This document shows positions 1 to 10,057 of a stretch of 64,000 nt of DNA, in pieces. Made by a program: the position numbers and the translations under genes. Under the pieces are notes generated by a model, which was given only the letters and a program-made list of their open reading frames with translations, was not told where the DNA came from and searched no databases. Each line of letters starts with the position of its first letter. Positions within the stretch are counted from its first letter, which is position 1. Source of the stretch: Candidatus Magasanikiibacteriota bacterium. Lineage in GTDB: Bacteria; Patescibacteriota; Patescibacteriia; Magasanikbacterales; GWA2-37-8. The stretch lies in contig JACOYB010000008.1 of the NCBI GenBank assembly GCA_016182085.1, positions 10,507-74,506 of the forward strand, read 5' to 3'.

Positions 1-180
1 GACCGTGCATACTCACTTTCACCTAAATCTCCGTTTATATTATTATCATCTTCATCTAAATCTATTCTTGATGTAAAAATACTTGCATCGCCCACTGGCA
101 TATCATCTGCTTCGGCCGGACCGATTCTCTCTCCTATTATTTCATCGTCTGGTCCAGGAAATCTTGGTTTATCTGGCATA
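1..180 (-). CDS. Partial ORF (N-terminal part; continues beyond window start), hypothetical acidic protein
   Basis: Minus-strand translation from ATG at 180-178 gives MPDKPRFPGPDDEIIGERIGPAEADD... with no stop before the window edge. No homology recognised. Confidence 0.3.
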
Positions 181-300
181 TAATTTTATGTATAAAAATA
201 TTTCATTTATCATAAGATAAACTGAGAAGTTTGTCCATTGGTTCTACTGGTCTTCCCAACATACCAAAAACACCACTGTTTAAGCGGTGTTTTATCGGTG

Positions 301-372
301 AGCAGGTAGCGGGAGTCGAACCCGCGTCACCAGTTTGGAAAACTGGGATAATAGCCGTTATATGATACCTGC
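301..372 (-). tRNA. tRNA-Gly (anticodon TCC)
   Basis: Reverse complement folds as acceptor GCAGGTA/TACCTGC, anticodon stem CCAGT/ACTGG with loop TTTCCAA, and T-arm GCGGG-TTCGACT-CCCGC. The D-arm is AT-rich and weak. Confidence 0.6.
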
Positions 373-496
373 AGCGCTTCGCATTATAGATACTGTAAAC
401 TGTAGATAATATTTTACTAAAATTTACAAAAAAGTCAACTGTAGGGTATACTACAAGACGGCAAGTGAAACTTCTTAATTTTTAATTATATACCAT

Positions 497-1297
497 ATGT
501 ATAAAAGAATTAGTGGTCTGGCGATGGTTATTGGGGCTGTTGTTCTTTTAGGCGCCGGTTGTTCCAAAGGTTCTTTACTATCAAATAAAGACAAACAGCC
601 AATAGAGCCGGCCATATCTGTTTCACCTCAAGCTTTGGAAGAAAATAACGAAATTCTTGTTAACGAGGCTTCGCTCCCGGAAGACGGCTGGATCGCCATC
701 CATACCAAAGAAAACGGACAGATGGGGGAAATAATTGGTTATACATTTTTGGCCGCTGGCAAGGATTCAAAGATAAAAATTACGGTAGATAGAAATAAAG
801 TAACGCCCTCACTGGTAGCCATGCTCCACTATGACCGCGACCCTAAAGGCACATTTGAATCACCGGGAAGCGACGGACCGGTAATTAAGGATCAGCAGGT
901 TATCCTGAAAGAATTTGCGATTTTAAACCAAAGCGAACTTATTAAAGAATTTGAGCTAAGCAAACCAACTTCCACGTCTAATGACGATACCCCAAAACCT
1001 ACACCACCGACCTCCCAAGGTACTCGCAAAGAATTTGTAATTACTGCCAAACAATGGTCTTTTTCTCCCGCCACTATAAAAGTTAAAAAAGGAGACAGGG
1101 TTGTACTCAAAGTTACCAGTACCGATGTAAGCCATGGCCTCAACTTACCTGCCTTTAATATTAATGAAACTTTAGAACCGGGCGTGACTAAAACGGTGGA
1201 ATTTGTTGCCGATAAAGTTGGCACCTTTACCTTTAGCTGCAGCGTAATGTGCGGCACGGGCCATAAGGCCATGACCGGAACTCTGGTGGTTGAATAA
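497..1297 (+). CDS. Lipoprotein with C-terminal CuA-type cupredoxin domain (COX2-like)
   Basis: N-terminal signal plus lipobox (LLGAGC). The C-terminal region contains the CuA ligand set: DVSHGLNLPAFN ... FSCSVMCGTGHKAM. This matches the COX subunit II/N2OR CuA motif H...C-x3-C-x3-H-x2-M. Confidence 0.7.
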   Translation: MYKRISGLAMVIGAVVLLGAGCSKGSLLSNKDKQPIEPAISVSPQALEENNEILVNEASLPEDGWIAIHTKENGQMGEIIGYTFLAAGKDSKIKITVDRNKVTPSLVAMLHYDRDPKGTFESPGSDGPVIKDQQVILKEFAILNQSELIKEFELSKPTSTSNDDTPKPTPPTSQGTRKEFVITAKQWSFSPATIKVKKGDRVVLKVTSTDVSHGLNLPAFNINETLEPGVTKTVEFVADKVGTFTFSCSVMCGTGHKAMTGTLVVE

Positions 1298-1299
1298 AC

Positions 1300-1348
1300 T
1301 TTAGATTAACAAAAAAGCCCTGATAAAAGGGCTCTTTTGTTTTATAAT
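1300..1348. terminator. Bidirectional rho-independent terminator between convergent cupredoxin and efp genes
   Basis: The sequence aaaagccctgataaaagggctcttttgtttt forms the hairpin agccc/gggct followed by a T-run. Confidence 0.55.
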
Positions 1349-1351
1349 TTT

Positions 1352-1918
1352 CTAGGAATTTGCTCTGGCGGAATAATCACCGGTTTCGGTATTTACGAGC
1401 ACTTCTTCACCTTCTTTGATAAATATCGGCGCTTGTACTTTTAATCCGTTATCCAAAGTAATTTCTTTGGTAACATTGCCGGTAGCGCTATCACCGCGCA
1501 CGGCTGGCGGCGCTTCCACAACTTTATATTTTATTTTCTTTGGCAATTCAATACTTACCGGACGGCCTTCATATAAACCAACAACCACATCCAAGCCTTC
1601 CTTCAAATATTTGGCATCATCGCCGACTAAATCACCATTCATCTCTATCTGCTCATACGTTTCCATATTCATGAACGCTAAATTGTCGCCGCTTTTATAT
1701 AAAAATTGCATGGTGCGAAAATCTACCTGTACAATATCCACGCTTTCGCTGGTTTTATAGGTTACTTCCAACACTTTGCCGCTGCTGAGACTTTTCATGC
1801 GCGCGCGCACAAATGCCGCGCCCTTACCCGGGTTTACATGTTGAAATTCAACGACTACAAATAAATCATTGGGTTGGCGAATGACTACGCCTTTACGAAC
1901 TTCTGAGGTTGAGGCCAT
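1352..1918 (-). CDS. efp: Elongation factor P
   Basis: MASTSEVRKGVVI...NPGKGAAFVRARMKSL...VDIVQVDFRTMQFLY matches EF-P over its full length. The start is taken at the internal Met (MASTSEV). Confidence 0.9.
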   Translation of the reverse strand: MASTSEVRKGVVIRQPNDLFVVVEFQHVNPGKGAAFVRARMKSLSSGKVLEVTYKTSESVDIVQVDFRTMQFLYKSGDNLAFMNMETYEQIEMNGDLVGDDAKYLKEGLDVVVGLYEGRPVSIELPKKIKYKVVEAPPAVRGDSATGNVTKEITLDNGLKVQAPIFIKEGEEVLVNTETGDYSARANS

Positions 1919-1955
1919 ATACGATGAATTAAGAATCAAGAATTATGAATTAAAA

Positions 1956-2987
1956 TTATGTACGCTGATCATTTACGGATTGAAAGATAACTTCATTTAT
2001 ATCTTTCGCTCCGGTAAACAATCCTACCATACGATCCACGCCCAAGGCAATACCCCCAGCCGGAGCCATACCGCTTTTTAGGGCAGCAATAAAATCCTTA
2101 TCAACCGGCCAAACTGGCTTGCCTAGCTGTTTTCTTTTCTCTTTATCTTCTTCTAATTTTTTTTCCTGTTCGGTTGCATCTGTTAATTCCCCAAAGGCGT
2201 TAGCCACCTCTAAACCACCCATATACAGCTCAAACCTTTCTGCATATCTATTATCATATTCGCATAATCTGGACAGCGAGGTCATTTGCACTGGATAATC
2301 ATAGATAAAAACCGGCTTGGCTACGCCCAAATGCGGTTCAATTTCATTCAAAAAAATTTTATAAAAAATATCTTCATAGGCATCTTCTTTTGATACAGTA
2401 CATCCTTTTGACTGCGCCAGCTCTGCTAATTTGTCGGTTTCTAAATAATTATCCAGATTAACGCCAATAAATTGTTGCCACACTTCTTTGACGCTTAAGC
2501 GATCCCATGCTGCAGAGATAGAAACGGTTTTATCTTTATATGTTAAGGAATTTACATTCAATTTTTCTCCAATAAACCTAAACAGGTTTTCCGTATCATC
2601 CATAATTTCCTGATAAGTTCCTGGTGCCCGATACCATTCCAACATCGTAAATTCAGTATTATGGTTGCCGCCGAAACTTTCATAGTCGCGGAAACATTTA
2701 CCAATCTCAAAAATTTTCTCATACCCCGCGGCTAGCAATTTTTTTAATGAATACTCCGGCGAAGTGCGCAGGTAAAAATTTTCCGCTTTGCCGTACGGAT
2801 CATGAATTGTTATGGGCAATGGATTAAGATACGGCTCTTGGCTGGCCAGTTTTACGGCAATCGGCGTATCTGTTTCCACAAAATTTTGCGACCAAAAAAA
2901 CTCGCGGATTAATTTTATAATTTCAATCCGGGTATTATATATTTTTTTTAATCTAGGGTTATTTTTTAATTCAGACCAATTGCTCAT
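1956..2987 (-). CDS. epmA: EF-P (R)-beta-lysine ligase EpmA/PoxA (class II LysRS catalytic-domain paralog)
   Basis: Class II aaRS motifs are present (FRDYESFGGNHNTEFTMLEWY; GMAPAGGIALGVDRMV). The protein is ~343 aa without an anticodon-binding domain and sits adjacent to efp. Confidence 0.8.
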   Translation of the reverse strand: MSNWSELKNNPRLKKIYNTRIEIIKLIREFFWSQNFVETDTPIAVKLASQEPYLNPLPITIHDPYGKAENFYLRTSPEYSLKKLLAAGYEKIFEIGKCFRDYESFGGNHNTEFTMLEWYRAPGTYQEIMDDTENLFRFIGEKLNVNSLTYKDKTVSISAAWDRLSVKEVWQQFIGVNLDNYLETDKLAELAQSKGCTVSKEDAYEDIFYKIFLNEIEPHLGVAKPVFIYDYPVQMTSLSRLCEYDNRYAERFELYMGGLEVANAFGELTDATEQEKKLEEDKEKRKQLGKPVWPVDKDFIAALKSGMAPAGGIALGVDRMVGLFTGAKDINEVIFQSVNDQRT

Positions 2988-3036
2988 AAATATTTCTGAA
3001 TTTAAGAAACCTCCTTGCGGAGGCTCTTACTTTTTC

Positions 3037-3276
3037 TTAGGCTGTGTATGGCATGAGTGATGCTTGTCTGGCTCTCTTTACAGCGCTGGCTACCTGACGT
3101 TGATGTTTGGCGCATAGTCCGCTGCGGCGGCGAGGAGCAATCTTCATGTAAGAAGAAACAAAGCGTCTTAGGGTGTTGAAATCTTTATAATCAACAACCA
3201 ATTTATTATTTACGCAGTAATAACAGGCTTTGTCTTTTTGAGCTTGTTCTTTGGAATTAGAATTTTGAATTGACAT
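3037..3276 (-). CDS. rpsR: 30S ribosomal protein S18
   Basis: YKDFNTLRRFVSSYMKIAPRRRSGLCAKHQRQVASAVKRAR is the S18 signature. Confidence 0.9.
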   Translation of the reverse strand: MSIQNSNSKEQAQKDKACYYCVNNKLVVDYKDFNTLRRFVSSYMKIAPRRRSGLCAKHQRQVASAVKRARQASLMPYTA

Positions 3277-3285
3277 AATTTAATA

Positions 3286-3726
3286 TTAAAACGGAATATC
3301 TTCTACTTTCACTTCTTCTTCAATTACTTCTTGCGGCGCTTCGGATCCAAAGGCGGTATCTGAAGGTCCGGATGAAGGGGCTGAAGTTGTGCCAGCAGAT
3401 TTGGAATCAAGCATGATCATGTTTTCACCCACAATTTCGGTACGGTATCTCTTTACGCCGTCTTGACCAGTCCATTCGCGAGTTTGCAATCTGCCTTCCA
3501 CATACATTTTACCGCCTTTTCGCAAATATTGACTGCAAATTTCGGCCAGCTTCCCCCACATTACCACATTATGGAACTCGGTCTGTTTTTGCTTTTGACC
3601 GTTTCCATCTATCCAGACTCGGTTGGTGGCAAGACCAATGGTGGCCACAGCTTTACCATTTGGAGTATTGCGGAGTTCAGGGTCTCGAGTAAGTCGTCCG
3701 ATGATCATTGCTTTATTTAAATCCAT
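3286..3726 (-). CDS. ssb: Single-stranded DNA-binding protein
   Basis: The OB-fold N-terminus (MIIGRLTRDPELRNTPNGKAVA...) and acidic C-terminal tail ending DIPF are present. It sits in the classic rpsF-ssb-rpsR arrangement. Confidence 0.9.
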   Translation of the reverse strand: MDLNKAMIIGRLTRDPELRNTPNGKAVATIGLATNRVWIDGNGQKQKQTEFHNVVMWGKLAEICSQYLRKGGKMYVEGRLQTREWTGQDGVKRYRTEIVGENMIMLDSKSAGTTSAPSSGPSDTAFGSEAPQEVIEEEVKVEDIPF

Positions 3727-3857
3727 ATGCGAAATGAATGAGGGAAATAGCCGATGAGATATTTATAACCGCTTGCGAGTTATAAATATTGAAGCTGGAT
3801 ATTTCCGAGTGAATGAGTATATATGGGCTTTAGCCCATATAAGTAAAATAATTTAAA

Positions 3858-4349
3858 TTAAACTCCTGGAATTATATTTTCGTTATCAAGGATAGCATTA
3901 AGCTTTTCGTCAATGTCCTTAAGATCTACTTTCTTTTCTTCGCTGATTTCTTTAACAACCGGAGAAGATTTCGGCTCTGCAACAGCGCTTTCTTCCTTCT
4001 CTATCATGGTGGTAACACCTACTTCGTTAGTGCTATAAACGATCTTTTTAGGAGTGGTTGCGTTGGTATTAAAAATTGTGATCATGCTGCGAAGTACATC
4101 TGATCGTAATTTCAATTTACCAGAGATAACACCTACTGCTTCCGGCTCGGCGTTAAAGACGAGTGTGTAATAATATCCGTATCGAATTTGTTTGATAGGA
4201 TAAGCTAACCTAACTTTACCAAGGTTGTTAAGTTCCACGTCTTGACCGCTGGAACTTACTAAATCTTTTATTTCTTGTACTTGTTTACCGGCTTCCTTTT
4301 CATCCAAAGTACCTGGCAAAACCAGTAATAGTTCGTATTTTTTCAACAT
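3858..4349 (-). CDS. rpsF: 30S ribosomal protein S6 (with C-terminal extension)
   Basis: MLKKYELLLVLPGTLDEKEA... is the S6 N-terminal signature, with operon context rpsF-ssb-rpsR. Confidence 0.85.
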   Translation of the reverse strand: MLKKYELLLVLPGTLDEKEAGKQVQEIKDLVSSSGQDVELNNLGKVRLAYPIKQIRYGYYYTLVFNAEPEAVGVISGKLKLRSDVLRSMITIFNTNATTPKKIVYSTNEVGVTTMIEKEESAVAEPKSSPVVKEISEEKKVDLKDIDEKLNAILDNENIIPGV

Positions 4350-4638
4350 AATGAATTACTAAACAATATATTATCAATTTCAAATACAGAAAATGACTAT
4401 CGATCTAACCATTTTCACTATTTGAATCATTTTATCTTAGATACCAAAGGTGCGACCATCATACCAATAAAGCTCGAAAAAGTCAAGGTGCGGATAATTT
4501 CAAAAAATTCATGTATTTTTGGCTTAACTGGCAATAAAAACAATATAACGACACCTCTTTATATTTTAACTTTATTTGAGATTAATTATATGTTCTGTAA
4601 ACCACAGAACTATGGTATAATTATTCGGTAAACATAGG

Positions 4639-6387
4639 TTGTTTCAATCTTGGTTATTTATGCTTTTACCAAAAACCCTCAAACTCATCTTAAAAAAATA
4701 TAAACTGGGCGATGCCGACAGCTTAAAGACTGCTGAAGCTAAGGCCGCAAAAATGAATAAAGATTTGGAAGAAGTCCTTATTGCTGATGGCGTGGTAAAC
4801 GAAACAGATCTATATGAAAAAGCGGCTGACTACCTAGAAATCCCTTATATTAGCCTAAAAGGTAAGGAAATTAAAAAAGAAATTCTCAATTTAATTCCCG
4901 GACCCGTAGCTGGCACCCATCAAGTCGTGGCTTTTGACACCGACAAAGACGAGGTTAAACTTGCCATGACCGACCCCACAGATATTCAAACCATAGAATT
5001 TTTACGCCGTAAAACTGGATTGGAACCCAAAGTCTTTATCACTTCTCCAGGTGACTTAAAAGAGGCCTTACACCGGTATCATGCTGAACTTGAAGATGAT
5101 TTACGCATCGTACAAGACGGTGGCAATGAAGTAAATGGCGGAGACCTGAAAAAAGCCGCTGAAGAAGTGCCGACTATCAATATCGTTAACACGGTGCTGG
5201 AGCACGCGGTGTACGAAGGCGCGTCCGATATTCATATTGAACCGGCTGAAAAGGAGCTGTCCGTACGCTATCGCATTGATGGTATCTTAAAACCGGTCAT
5301 GACCCTGCCCAAAAACGTACAAAGCGGTCTTATTGCTAGAATTAAAATTCTAGCCAATCTTAAAATAGACGAGCACATGGTGCCGCAGGATGGCCGTTTT
5401 AAAATTCAACTTCAGGATGAAAAACTGGCATTCCGCGTCTCTATTATTCCAGTTTATGATGGCGAAAAAATCGTCTTGCGCCTACTCCACGAAACTACAA
5501 AACCGCTAACCTTAGACCAACTTGGGTTTTTAGATGCCCCTAGAAAAATCCTGGAAACTGCCATCAAAAAACCGCACGGCATGATTCTGGTTACCGGCCC
5601 TACCGGATCCGGTAAAACTACCACCCTATACTCCGTCCTGGGAATTTTAAATCAACCCGGCGTAAATATCTGCACGATTGAAGACCCGATAGAATATCGT
5701 ATGCCGGGTGTTAACCAAAGCCAGATAAACGCTAAGGTTGGCTTTACCTTTGCGGCTGGCTTACGCTCCTTCTTGCGTCAAGATCCAAATATCATCATGG
5801 TAGGTGAAATCCGCGACCAAGAAACAGCCGAAATTGCTATTCATGCGGCCATGACCGGACACTTGGTGCTTTCCACCTTGCACACCAATAACGCCCCCAC
5901 TACCCTGCCTCGTTTGGTAGATATGGGTGTGGCGCCGTTTTTGGTGGCTTATACTACCAATATTGTCATGGCTCAGCGTTTGGTCCGCAAAATTTGCACC
6001 TATTGTAAAAAAGAATACAAACTTGATAAAACCGTTGGCAACGAACTAGGCCGCGTCTTTGACGTAAAAAAAATTTCATCTCTATTTAAAGATAATATTC
6101 CAAAAAACTACAAAGATGAAGGCAGTGATGTAGAAAAAATTACTTTCTATAAAGGCGAAGGTTGTAATCGCTGCGGACAAACCGGATATAAAGGCCGCAT
6201 GGGTATTTATGAAATTTTGGAAATGGATGAAGAGTTAATAAAAATGATCAACGCGCACGGCACCGCCGATGATATTAAAAAATACGCTCGTGAAAAAGGC
6301 ATGATTACCATGCTTGAAGACGGACTTATAAAAGCCAAGATGGGAATTACAACCATTAGCGAAGTTCTGCGCGTAACCAAAGAATAA
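4639..6387 (+). CDS. pilB: Type IV pilus assembly ATPase PilB (GspE family)
   Basis: Walker A VTGPTGSGKTTTLYS, tetracysteine motif CTYCKK...CNRCGQTGY, and a GspE N-terminal domain are present. The start may be 4639 or 4660. Confidence 0.9.
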   Translation: MFQSWLFMLLPKTLKLILKKYKLGDADSLKTAEAKAAKMNKDLEEVLIADGVVNETDLYEKAADYLEIPYISLKGKEIKKEILNLIPGPVAGTHQVVAFDTDKDEVKLAMTDPTDIQTIEFLRRKTGLEPKVFITSPGDLKEALHRYHAELEDDLRIVQDGGNEVNGGDLKKAAEEVPTINIVNTVLEHAVYEGASDIHIEPAEKELSVRYRIDGILKPVMTLPKNVQSGLIARIKILANLKIDEHMVPQDGRFKIQLQDEKLAFRVSIIPVYDGEKIVLRLLHETTKPLTLDQLGFLDAPRKILETAIKKPHGMILVTGPTGSGKTTTLYSVLGILNQPGVNICTIEDPIEYRMPGVNQSQINAKVGFTFAAGLRSFLRQDPNIIMVGEIRDQETAEIAIHAAMTGHLVLSTLHTNNAPTTLPRLVDMGVAPFLVAYTTNIVMAQRLVRKICTYCKKEYKLDKTVGNELGRVFDVKKISSLFKDNIPKNYKDEGSDVEKITFYKGEGCNRCGQTGYKGRMGIYEILEMDEELIKMINAHGTADDIKKYAREKGMITMLEDGLIKAKMGITTISEVLRVTKE

Positions 6388-6389
6388 AT

Positions 6390-7496
6390 ATGCCCAAAAA
6401 AGAACGGAAACTTTCTCCGCTTGAGATAAAAATCAATGCTTGGATAGAACATCACTTGCACCGCGTACCAATAATGCAAAAAATTCTTTTTGTCAGCCAT
6501 TTAAAGACTATGGTTAAGGCTGGTTTATCTCTGATTGATGCTTTGCGCATTTTGAGCCAGGAAGTTGAAAATAAAAAATTAAAAAATATTATTGCGGATA
6601 TTACCGAGGGTGTAGAGAAAGGCCAGCAATTCAGCGAGGTACTCGCGCGATACCCAAAAATTTTTCCTCCCGTATATGTCAGTATGATCGCGGCCGGAGA
6701 AACCGCGGGAAAAGTTGAAACGGCGCTTGAACAAGTTTCAATACAGATGAAAAAAAATCACGAGTTAACTTCTAGAATTAAAGGCGCCTTAATGTATCCG
6801 GCAGTGATTGTTATCGCTATGGTAGGCATTAGTATTGAAGTCGTGGTATTTATCCTGCCAAAATTACTGATAATGTTTAAAGAATTTGACGCGCAACTGC
6901 CGCTTCCAACCAGAATCCTCATTGGTATTACGGATTTTACCCAGAAATACGGATTGTGGATGGTTATAGTTTTAATTCTTCTAATCATCGGGGCCGTACA
7001 ACTGCTAAAACAATATAAAGTTAAACGGGTGGTACATACAATAAATTTAAAATTGCCCATTATTGGCAGTATTATTAAAAAAATAAATTTGGCTCGTTTT
7101 ACCCTTACCCTTTCATCCCTGCTAGAGAGCACCATTCCAATCATTGACGCCACTCGCATCTCCTCGGATGTATTAAATAACGTAATTTATAAAGAAAAAT
7201 TGATGGCAGTTTCTGAATCCCTTAAAAAAGGCGAGGCATTATCAGATATATTAAGACAGTCGCCGACAATCTTTCCTCCCATGGTAACCGAAATGATCAT
7301 GGTTGGAGAAAAAGCCGGAAAAAGTGAAAGCATGTTAAGAGAACTTTCTGAATACTACGGAAACGAAGTAGATACGACTATGAGGAATTTTACGACTATT
7401 ATTGAACCGATCATTATTTTAGTTATGGGTCTGGCGGTAGCTGGCATCGCTGTAGCAATCATTATGCCTCTATACTCTCTGGCGCAAAATATTTAA
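6390..7496 (+). CDS. pilC: Type IV pilus platform protein PilC (GspF family)
   Basis: Two GspF-type repeats with conserved TM topology (…AGE.AG..E..L…). It lies immediately downstream of pilB. Confidence 0.85.
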   Translation: MPKKERKLSPLEIKINAWIEHHLHRVPIMQKILFVSHLKTMVKAGLSLIDALRILSQEVENKKLKNIIADITEGVEKGQQFSEVLARYPKIFPPVYVSMIAAGETAGKVETALEQVSIQMKKNHELTSRIKGALMYPAVIVIAMVGISIEVVVFILPKLLIMFKEFDAQLPLPTRILIGITDFTQKYGLWMVIVLILLIIGAVQLLKQYKVKRVVHTINLKLPIIGSIIKKINLARFTLTLSSLLESTIPIIDATRISSDVLNNVIYKEKLMAVSESLKKGEALSDILRQSPTIFPPMVTEMIMVGEKAGKSESMLRELSEYYGNEVDTTMRNFTTIIEPIIILVMGLAVAGIAVAIIMPLYSLAQNI

Positions 7497-7499
7497 AGT

Positions 7500-8609
7500 A
7501 TGTTTTTGCACAATCCTTTCTACGATGCCTTTGGTCTGGATATTGGCGATCTGTCAATAAAACTTGTCCAGCTTGCTCCCGTGTCTTTTTACCACAAGCA
7601 GGTGTTTAAAATTAAAGAACTTCGCACGACGCCACTGCCACCGGGCCTGATTGTAAACGGCGAGATTCAGCAGCCGGAACCCGTACGTAAAAAAATTTTA
7701 CACCTACTTGGCAAAGAAGGCGAGGGTTTTAAACCAATCCGCTCGCCATGGGTGGTAGCCAGTCTTCCGGAACCAAAAACATTCTTCAAATTAATAGATG
7801 TTGATATTAATTATGAAGCGCTCACTTCCGTTGATATTGCCTACCAAGCCAAAAAGCATCTCCCCTATGAACTTGAGGACACATACTTGGATTGGCAAGT
7901 AATTACGGGAACCGTAAAAGAAAAAAATACACAGGTACTCATTTCCGCGACACCAAAAATAATAGCTGATTCGTACACTTACTTACTGGAAAGCACGGGC
8001 TTAAACCCGATAGTCTTGGAAGCGGAAGCCGTAGCTATTGCGAGAACCATGATTACCTATGACAAAGATTATACCGGTGAAGCGCGGGCGATTTTGGATC
8101 TGGGCGCTACCCGTTCTAATTTAACTATTTACGACAATAACAGCATTCAGTTCAGCACCACTCTAAACTTCTCCGGAGAAATAGTTACATCCGCAATCGC
8201 CCAAGAATTAAAAATAGAACACGCGCGGGCTGAAAGTTTAAAAATTAAAAACGGACTCACCTATGATGAAAAACATCCGAAATATTTAGCGGCGGTCTCG
8301 GGAATTGCCGACAAATTGATCGCTGAAATTAAAACAGCTCTAACTTTTTATAAAGAGCATTTTGATAATACAAATGACATAAACAGGATTACCCTCTGCG
8401 GAGGCACGGCAAATATGGAAAATATAGAAACTTTCCTTTCTAAAGAATTAAAAATACCAGCCCAGGCCGGTCATCCATGGAAAAACTTAGAAAATAAAAA
8501 ATTATACGAATTTGAACCAAAAAGGAGTCTTTCTCTGGCGAGCGCTATCGGCCTGGCGCTTCGCGCCACGCAGAATCCACTTTTAAACCACAGGCATGAA
8601 GACTTTTAA
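7500..8609 (+). CDS. pilM: Type IV pilus assembly protein PilM (actin-like ATPase fold)
   Basis: The N-terminus FGLDIGDLSIKLVQL and C-terminus RITLCGGTANMENIETFLSKEL are typical of PilM/FtsA-like proteins. It follows pilC. Confidence 0.8.
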   Translation: MFLHNPFYDAFGLDIGDLSIKLVQLAPVSFYHKQVFKIKELRTTPLPPGLIVNGEIQQPEPVRKKILHLLGKEGEGFKPIRSPWVVASLPEPKTFFKLIDVDINYEALTSVDIAYQAKKHLPYELEDTYLDWQVITGTVKEKNTQVLISATPKIIADSYTYLLESTGLNPIVLEAEAVAIARTMITYDKDYTGEARAILDLGATRSNLTIYDNNSIQFSTTLNFSGEIVTSAIAQELKIEHARAESLKIKNGLTYDEKHPKYLAAVSGIADKLIAEIKTALTFYKEHFDNTNDINRITLCGGTANMENIETFLSKELKIPAQAGHPWKNLENKKLYEFEPKRSLSLASAIGLALRATQNPLLNHRHEDF

Positions 8610-8632
8610 TTATGGTAAAGTGAGACAAAAAT

Positions 8633-9178
8633 ATGATGAACATAAACCTTAATTTACTTCCCAATACGAAAAAAGCTCGTCTGGAAACTACGATCAAGGT
8701 TTTATTTATTAAAAATATCTTGGAGTTATTTCTCTTAACCGCGGCCGTGGTGGGGGCAACTCTCGTATGGAGCTGGATTTTTCTGGAAAACGACTTTGCC
8801 AATCTGGCAGAAAACGCCAACCTTATCAATCGCGAGTATTATACATATAACCAGGACGCGAAAAATATAAATGGTTTAATTAAAAACATCAATTTATCCA
8901 GCCGAAAGTTTTCACCTCTCAGTCCGAAACTTAAAGATATCACTAGTTCCTTGCCGGCAGATATAAAAATTGGCTCTTTGCAAATAAATATGGCCGAACA
9001 GCAAATTATCATAAGTGGCACGGCACTCTCCCGATCTGCTTTGCTCAACTACCAAGCTGTCCTAAATGAAACGCCTTGGATAACTGCCGTGGAAACTCCG
9101 GTTTCACAGTTATTTCAGAAAGAAAATATCAACTTTGAATTTAAAGCCAAGTTAAAAAATTCATCCATAAAAAATTAG
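8633..9178 (+). CDS. pilN: PilN-like bitopic membrane protein
   Basis: A single N-terminal TM after a short basic segment (NLNLLP motif), about 180 aa, in the position downstream of pilM. Confidence 0.55.
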   Translation: MMNINLNLLPNTKKARLETTIKVLFIKNILELFLLTAAVVGATLVWSWIFLENDFANLAENANLINREYYTYNQDAKNINGLIKNINLSSRKFSPLSPKLKDITSSLPADIKIGSLQINMAEQQIIISGTALSRSALLNYQAVLNETPWITAVETPVSQLFQKENINFEFKAKLKNSSIKN

Positions 9179-9189
9179 GATAATTTTAT

Positions 9190-9732
9190 ATGACCGCCGA
9201 TCCAACCAAAAAAATAATCCTCACCGTGAGTTTTTTCTGCCTAATATTTTTAGGGATATTATTTGGTATTCTGGCCCCTACCCTGATCCGCATTAAAAAA
9301 ACTTCCCAAGAGAGCCTAAAATTAAGGATATTTCTAGAACAAAAATACCAAGAGTCTCTTAATTCACGCATTACCAGGAAAAAACTAAGCGAGATTAAAG
9401 AAGCCACGGCTGACTTTGATCGTTTTATTTTTAAACCCGGGGAAGAGTTGGAGCTCATTACTTTTTTGGAAACCTCGGCTGCCAAACATGATGTCGTTCA
9501 AACCATTACCGCCTCCAACCTAGATCAAATAAGCAATAATCGCCTAGCCACCATTTCCATAAATCTCAAAGGCAACTACTATGATATTTTAAATTATATT
9601 ACCGACCTGGAAACTTCCGATTATTTTATTAATATTGATCAGCTGCAAATCACGCCTGTTTTTTCCAAGGAAGGACAAGTTACGCAAACTGCCAACTTAA
9701 ACATTTCAACCGAATTATATGTTACTGAGTAA
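9190..9732 (+). CDS. pilO: PilO-like bitopic membrane protein
   Basis: N-terminal TM and coiled-coil, about 180 aa, immediately after the pilN-like gene. Confidence 0.45.
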   Translation: MTADPTKKIILTVSFFCLIFLGILFGILAPTLIRIKKTSQESLKLRIFLEQKYQESLNSRITRKKLSEIKEATADFDRFIFKPGEELELITFLETSAAKHDVVQTITASNLDQISNNRLATISINLKGNYYDILNYITDLETSDYFINIDQLQITPVFSKEGQVTQTANLNISTELYVTE

Positions 9733-10057
9733 AGACAAAATACTGCCATCGCTAAAAACGGAATACAGCCACTGGCGGCTTATTTATATTTTAATATTTG
9801 GTTTACTGGCTTCCGCTGTGGCCTTAACGTATTATTTCATTTATCAAAATGTGTATAGCGCGATTGCCAATGCCAACGCGATCATATCGCTACAATCAAG
9901 TTTAAACATCTACAACCTGGATATTCCAGCCTTTGAAAAAGCGACGGCGGCAATTGAAAAAAAACAAAAAATAGGAGGGTTTCCCTCAAACTCCAGAAAT
10001 ATTTTTTACTATAATTCTTCTACTTCCACCTATGGTAACTCCAGCACTTCTCGCTAA
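9719..10057 (+). CDS. Small membrane protein (possible PilP-like accessory), Ser/Thr-rich C-terminus
   Basis: A single TM (LIYILIFGLLASAVALTYYFI). The assignment is by operon position only. Confidence 0.35.
   Translation: MLLSKDKILPSLKTEYSHWRLIYILIFGLLASAVALTYYFIYQNVYSAIANANAIISLQSSLNIYNLDIPAFEKATAAIEKKQKIGGFPSNSRNIFYYNSSTSTYGNSSTSR

Noticed and set aside
892-1272. 126-aa minus-strand ORF inside the cupredoxin gene; similar antisense ORFs at 1416..1760, 6207..6500, 6758..7159, 10544..10951, 12189..12541
   Set aside because: Each lies entirely within a well-supported gene on the other strand, with no SD and no motifs.
4422-4631. 69-aa ORF upstream of pilB
   Set aside because: It lies in an AT-rich promoter region, has low-complexity Ile/Asn composition and no SD.
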